A DNA stretch of 62,857 nt, filler included, from Atractiella rhizophila (taxonomy: Eukaryota): the NCBI GenBank assembly GCA_021432655.1. It is 3 parts of 3 records of this genome, joined end to end, with 100 filler letters (N's around TTAATTAATTAA, not from the genome) between each part and the next. Parts side by side here need not be neighbours in the genome. Positions count along the whole stretch, not along the records: positions 42,214 to 62,857 come from MU271831.1; 2 more parts are not named here. The stretch is one strand, 5' to 3'. A program made the translations under genes and the position numbers. Positions 56,615 to 62,857 of this stretch are shown piece by piece. How positions within the stretch are numbered: position 1 is the first letter of the stretch; every line of letters begins with the position of its first letter. The notes beneath the pieces were generated by a model. That model worked only from the letters and a program-made list of their open reading frames with translations, did no database searches and was not told the DNA's origin.

Positions 56615-58319
56615 CTACTTCTTCACACGTGGCCTTTTCTCTCTTCCGCAACGACCGTCACGCGAACTCCTCTTGACCTGCAGCCAATCCTGTAAACTGA
56701 TCGACTTGACCTGCTTGCTGACTTTCGGCGAGAAGCGAGTCTGCAAAAGTGCCTCTAGGTCTGTGCGACTGGGAAGTTGAGTTGATGAAGCAGCCGAACG
56801 TTGGAGCTCCATCTCCACCGCTCTATCGTAACGCTCTAGCAGGTCATCGATGTTGACCTCCCGTCGTTCTTGAAACAGCTTCTGCTCCGCAAGTTTCAGT
56901 TCGACTTCTTCAAATTTAGTATTCACCGGATGACAAAACGAGGAGAGGACATCTGTGATTCCCTCCAAATCGCGCTCGGAAGATAATAGGCCTTCAAAGA
57001 AATACTTGACATCGTCTTGATAGCGATATTTGACGAGGGGAAGGACGACTGGCAAAAGTTGCATTTTCAACCAAATCGGCAGCGCATCATTGGTGAAAGT
57101 CGTAAAGTCGCTAGAGAAGCGCCACTGTTTGAAGGTGTCATACAGATTCTGAGCCAGTTTGACTTGCTCAGAACAACAGGGACAGAGGTTTGAGACTGGT
57201 GTGCGAGAGATTTTCACTGCCCGCGCGATCCGTTTTCGTTTCGTTGCGGAATCCTCCATCTCTACCTTCCTCGTCCTTCCAGTGCACGAGAAGTACGGTA
57301 GCAGCTGTTGCTCCAGCCCCGAGTAGTAGTCACATCCCGACCAAATCGCAACAAACATCAGCTCTTCCTTGGAGAGTTCCAAGTCGAGATCGTAAACGCG
57401 GTGCGGTTCGTGAGGAAAATCGTAGATTCCTACAGTCGGCTTGTCTTTGCTTTTTGTGAAAGCAGGAGGAGACCGTAAAAGAATGGAAGGTACTCTAGGG
57501 GCGAATCCAGAGGATTGGTGTGAAGAAAAGTTGGCAAAGTGTATGCTAAAGAAAGCACGGGAAATTCAGTCGCGATAGAAAGTCGAAAATATACACACAA
57601 AGTATCAGAATCTGGTGTCCATATTGCGTCTATGATTCCGTGCCGCATGCAATTTACGAGTTCGACTTCTGCCTCGCCTGCGGCAGTCAGGTGAGGGATA
57701 CGCAACAGGTCGAGCCAATTCTTCAGCTCCTTTTGCTGTACAAGCGGTCACCATAAGATACGGCTGTCATAAGTGAAAACAAACATTCTCGAAGAACCCG
57801 CGATACACAGTCTTCCCCCGTTTGTTTGAAGGTCTTTTAGGTCCGTCGAACACTATCAGTGGAAGGATAGCTTGTGCACCTATGGAAGCGAGAATGTAGA
57901 CGAGGTGTGGGATGGAAGGAACTGAGATACTGTTGCCAAGTTAAGCAGGTGGAGCGTAGCTCGAGGGAGAATGGAAATACACTGCACTTTTGACCTTGAT
58001 AAGTACTTATCATAGACTTGATTCAGAAGCACACTCACTCTTTCTGGGAAGCCTTGACATAGCGGTAGGCGATGAGCAGGACACTGGCATCTATCTCCAG
58101 AAAGATTTGAGCTCATCTCACAGAATACGTACAAGACTGTACCAAATCCAATCCTTAGCTTTGTACCACTCTTCTTATACTCTGACGACGCGATATCGGA
58201 AAGCTTCGAATTGTCTGTTTCATAACTGAAGCGAGAATCAATGTACGGCCACAGCCCTTTGACCTATTGTCAAGTCAGCCCATTCTTTAATGCATACAGA
58301 CAGGTCTACATACTCCCAT
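56615..58319 (-). CDS. Second, divergent XPG/Rad2-family (PIN-like) nuclease
   Basis: MG|VKGLWPYI, LRIGF|DASV, LPLIVFDGPKRPSNKRGK, AAGEAEVEL, WTPDSDTL, WSGCDY. Confidence 0.8.
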
Positions 58320-58449
58320 TTCCCACTACTCTACTCTACTCTACTCACTCCTTGCAGATTGGTGGTCACAACAGGGTCAACAACTCCGCCAAAACGGTTC
58401 ACGTGATCTTCATCGACACTGCGATCCACGACGCTCTGCTGCTCTCCCG

Positions 58450-59248
<799 letters not shown>

Positions 59249-59608
59249 GAGGATCTGGGATCTGGATTTTGATTTAAGGGAATACTGGCTTAAAAATCAT
59301 AAACTGCACGTAGAAACACTTTACCACATGTAGCAAATGATAGCATTTAGAAATTAGCTCTCGCATCGTCTAGAAAATAATCGCCACTTTTCTCTTTACT
59401 GAGTGTCTAACCACAAAAAGTTGACAATGTTTAAACAACAAATTAAAGGGATTTCATCCTGAGAATCGTGAATAGTGAATAGGGGGAGGAAGTACGTACA
59501 GCTTCGTTTTGGGCTTTTGTCCGCGTGTCTGCCCCGATCATTTCTATTTCTCAATTCGACGTTAACCAGTCAAGTTTGTTTTGTTTCATTGATATTTGCT
59601 CGTAATCC

Positions 59609-61173
59609 ATGTCGATTCCGTCGTCGATGGGTCAGACACAGTGGGATCCAAGATACAACGATACAGGTGGTGGCGGTCGATACATGACGGCACAATATGA
59701 GGAGACCTATCAACAAGGGACGAGTGAAGGGATGCAACAAGAGGTGGATCTAGCTACTGCTCTATCCGAATTCACGCATGCGCAACTGTCTAGGATGGAG
59801 CAGACAATAGAGCACAAGTTTGGTGAATTGGAGAACTTGCTAGATCGCGAAATGGAGAATTTAGATAACAAGGTCGCCTACCGATTCGATGAAGCGGGAG
59901 AGGAGCTGAAGGCTATCCAAGCTTGGCAGAAGGATATTCACGAGAAGCAGGGGGACTCCTTGAAGAAGTTGGACACACTGGCGAAAAAGGAAGCAGCAGC
60001 TTCCTCAGTGAAGTTGCCGACTGTGGACTTTGCGAGGCGCATCGAAGCTCTTGAGACGAAGCTAGGAGCGCAAGGAGAAGAGATCCATTCTTTGCGTAAA
60101 ACACTGGAATCAGTTCATTCAGACGTAGGAGATCTCAAATCCACTCTTTCATCGATCCAGTTCCTGCTCGAAAATCCTCGCCGACCGTCCGTTTCCCGAC
60201 CAAGCCCGACCACCGGGGCATACGACTATCCTCCGAGCCCTCCTCTTACGTCCTTTTACCCCAATCGAGCGGGCAACGGATCCGTGCCACCTCGCTCTGC
60301 TTCTACTCGACCCTATCCTGGAGGCCAAGAAGAGGAACGATTGAACAGTCAAAAAGCTGCTCCCCATGGAACTTACGGAGAACGTCCAGCCAGGACGTCG
60401 AGTTTCTCTCGCCCGGCACAATACATGGGATCCATCATTGGCCCTGGATCGAGGATCAGGTTTGGTTTCGACACTGCTGTGGAGAAAATGCCAATTGGAG
60501 ATATGATTGTCAAACTTGCAAGTTTATTTGTTTCGGTGTTAAAAAGACTGATGCAGTAGCAGGATGACAACGGTCCAGCAATTATGGTTTGCTTCATCTA
60601 ATCCTCCTGAAATTCATCTGAGTACTTGATGCAGAAACATATCCGAGGACTCATCCGCTTAAACCGACTGTTGGGTGTGCCGGCCATCCAAATGCTGGTC
60701 GGTTGGTGAGCTATTGTTCCAAGCACGAAAGAGTGCGGTACTGATGCGAATTGCAGCGATTTCTGGATCGATCTCCCACCTTCGGAATCCGTTGCCCTGG
60801 ACTTTCCATTGGAGAACAAGAGAGCGGCGGCAGGGGAAGTTTGGATGCTCCCTTGTGATACGGATACGTTGAGTACGTTCCACATGTGGCTACCAACAGA
60901 GCCGTTGCTGATGTCAAAGTCGTAGAAACAAGACTAACATTCGTATGGAAGCAAAGTGATTACTTTGGTAGGTCCTTCTTACCATCCTTGTTTCGTCCTC
61001 ACGAATTCAACTTGCGCGAATGTTGCAAAGGGATACGAATTGGAATTATCGAGTCTGGCGCAGATCTTCTGAAAAGGATCGAGCTGCTGAGAGATCAAGG
61101 CAGGAAAATTGTCGTTTCTGAATGCGAGCACGTGACCTATCTCGATCGTTCTCGACCTCCAGGCTTTCATTAA
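59609..61173 (+). CDS. Hypothetical protein with N-terminal coiled coil, Pro/Ser linker and unassigned C-terminal region
   Basis: 316-aa first exon with heptad-like E/K/L-rich segment; further short exons with GT/GC..AG introns. The 3' end is uncertain. Confidence 0.6.
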
Positions 61174-61430
61174 ATCATTGAATGATACACATTTCCGTAT
61201 TTTTTTGTGAAGGAGAAGTGATGATAAGAATCTCTGTTGTCTTTACTTCAGTGTTGCCAATGTCACAGTTGATACCTATTTGCGATGTAGGTGCATGGTG
61301 AGATGTCGAGAAAGCAACATGTTTAATATCTCGCAAAATGTGTCCTGAGTTTCACATCTCGATGCAATTGTACTCATTTTTCTTGTTCATCCTCCAAAGC
61401 TCCTTCATCTGTACACCTCTACATACCTCC

Positions 61431-62857
61431 TCAAGCGAGCCCTCCCCTACTCCTCGCATCTGTCTCCGTGGTGCAAGTTACGCTCGTTCCGGCCTTGTTG
61501 ACAAGAGGCAAGGCGAAGCAGGAAGTCCCACCTGTGCAAGGTGTCGTGACGAAACTAGTTCCGACACATTGGGCGAAAGCGCCACCTACACAGGCGTTGG
61601 CGAGAGTTGCAGTGTCGCAGATTGAGGAAGTGGTAAGAGAAGCGAATTTAGTGTTGAGGGCCTGAGCATCGAGCTTGTTTTCTGCCACATCATACTTTTC
61701 AGGTGCTATCGATGAACGATGGAGGAGCAACATACGCGCTTGAAATGATGTGCCGCTGGAGGACCCTGTCGTGGTGGATGCTTCTCCTTCAGAGGTGACA
61801 GCAGGCGTGGCAGTGCTCCCTGCTGTCGTAGGGGGAGGCGAGGAGTTGGCTGCAGCAGTATTACTCTCGTCAGCCACTTTTATACCGGTAGAAGTCGTGG
61901 ATCCCTGTCCCAAAGGACCACCAGTAACTCCAGCAGCGTCAAATCTCCGCTGGGCATCCCCTTGGGTAGTACAAGTTACACTAGTTCCCCTCGAGTTCAC
62001 AAGGGGAAGCGCGAAGCATTCCGTTCCAGCTGAGCAAGCTGAGGAAACGACGAATGAAGAGCCGACACATTGGGCGAAGGCTCCGTTTACGCACGCGGCC
62101 GCTTGTACAGTAGGATCACAAGTGGAAGCACTGGTTAAAGTGGCAAATTGGACGTTCAGCTTCTGAGCATCAGCCGCATTTTCTGGGAGGAGAATAAGAC
62201 TGAGTGTGAAGCAGAAGGGGATAGGAACGCACGAGCTTGGACTGATCCGCCAGACGCTACGGCTCCCGTGGATGTAGCCGAAGTGGAAACTGGAGCGGGG
62301 GTGGACGATGTTGTGGCGGAGGTATCGGTATCCTACGCCAATAAATTAGCATCATCACTAATAGAAAGTGGAGGTAACATGCCGTTCCGTTGCCCTCATC
62401 TTTGTCGACGCAGTCCTCGTCATCGTCTCCGGCATCAGAAGCACTGGTATCGGCTTTCCCAACGCCAGTATCAGCGACTGTGCCACTGGTACTCGCGTTA
62501 GCGACTCCAGGATCGGATGTAATCGTATTAAGCTGAACGCCATCAGGAACCTGCAGGCACACAACAAAATTGCCCATCAAGACCGGCTCTTCCTCCTGTT
62601 ACCGAACAGAATGGAACGAGGGACTCACGGGACCATCTAGATTTGCAGGACAGCTTCCAGGTGGGTTCACGGTGCTCACTCCCAATGGGACATTGGCAGT
62701 CTGATCTCCAGAAAACTTGGTGAAGTCGCTACCAGCGAATTGGCAATGGAATAGACCGTCGAGCTCAACATTTTCCGGCGCTTTGTTGCAGTAGGGTACT
62801 TGAAGCGAATCGGGAGCGTTACGTGGTTGCTGTACGAAGAGTTGGGCAAGACGGATC
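61431..62857 (-). CDS. Probable secreted protein with two CBM19-like Cys repeats (5' partial)
   Basis: Two repeats DAQ.LN..FA.LT..S.C....ACV.GAFAQCVG..FV...C..GT.CFALPLVN..GTSVTCTT..DA; Ser/Thr linkers; upstream VPYC..FHCQFAG..GSCPA domain. Confidence 0.8.

Overview
Gene-dense, intron-rich fungal genomic DNA; protein styles suggest a basidiomycete, probably Pucciniomycotina (inference). Most introns are about 45-70 nt GT-AG, so the six-frame ORF track only shows exon fragments, and I rebuilt gene models by hand. About 24 protein-coding genes are supported: TBC1D5/Gyp6-like RabGAP, S10 carboxypeptidase, GH5 glycosidase, TRM61, VPS26, a Cys-rich type I membrane protein, a cyclin-like protein, DBP7, an ABCC transporter, a BAR-SH3 protein, SEH1, glycogen phosphorylase, MOCS2B, HIS5, two Zn2Cys6 factors, a SIM-RING (Slx8/RNF4-like) ligase, two XPG/GEN1-like nucleases, a Reb1-like Myb protein, an STF2-like small protein, VPS71, BET3, a double-CBM19-like secreted protein and hypotheticals. 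Two N-TTAATTAATTAA-N linkers and one N gap break the window. I found no tRNA, rRNA, CRISPR or intact transposon. The most unusual signals are three 0.5-1 kb introns in housekeeping genes, a clean +1 frameshift at CTT-G in the GEN1-like gene, an atypical long-loop Zn2Cys6 cluster, start codons assembled by splicing, and a 24-nt direct repeat bracketing an intron. I cannot claim a confirmed novel system.
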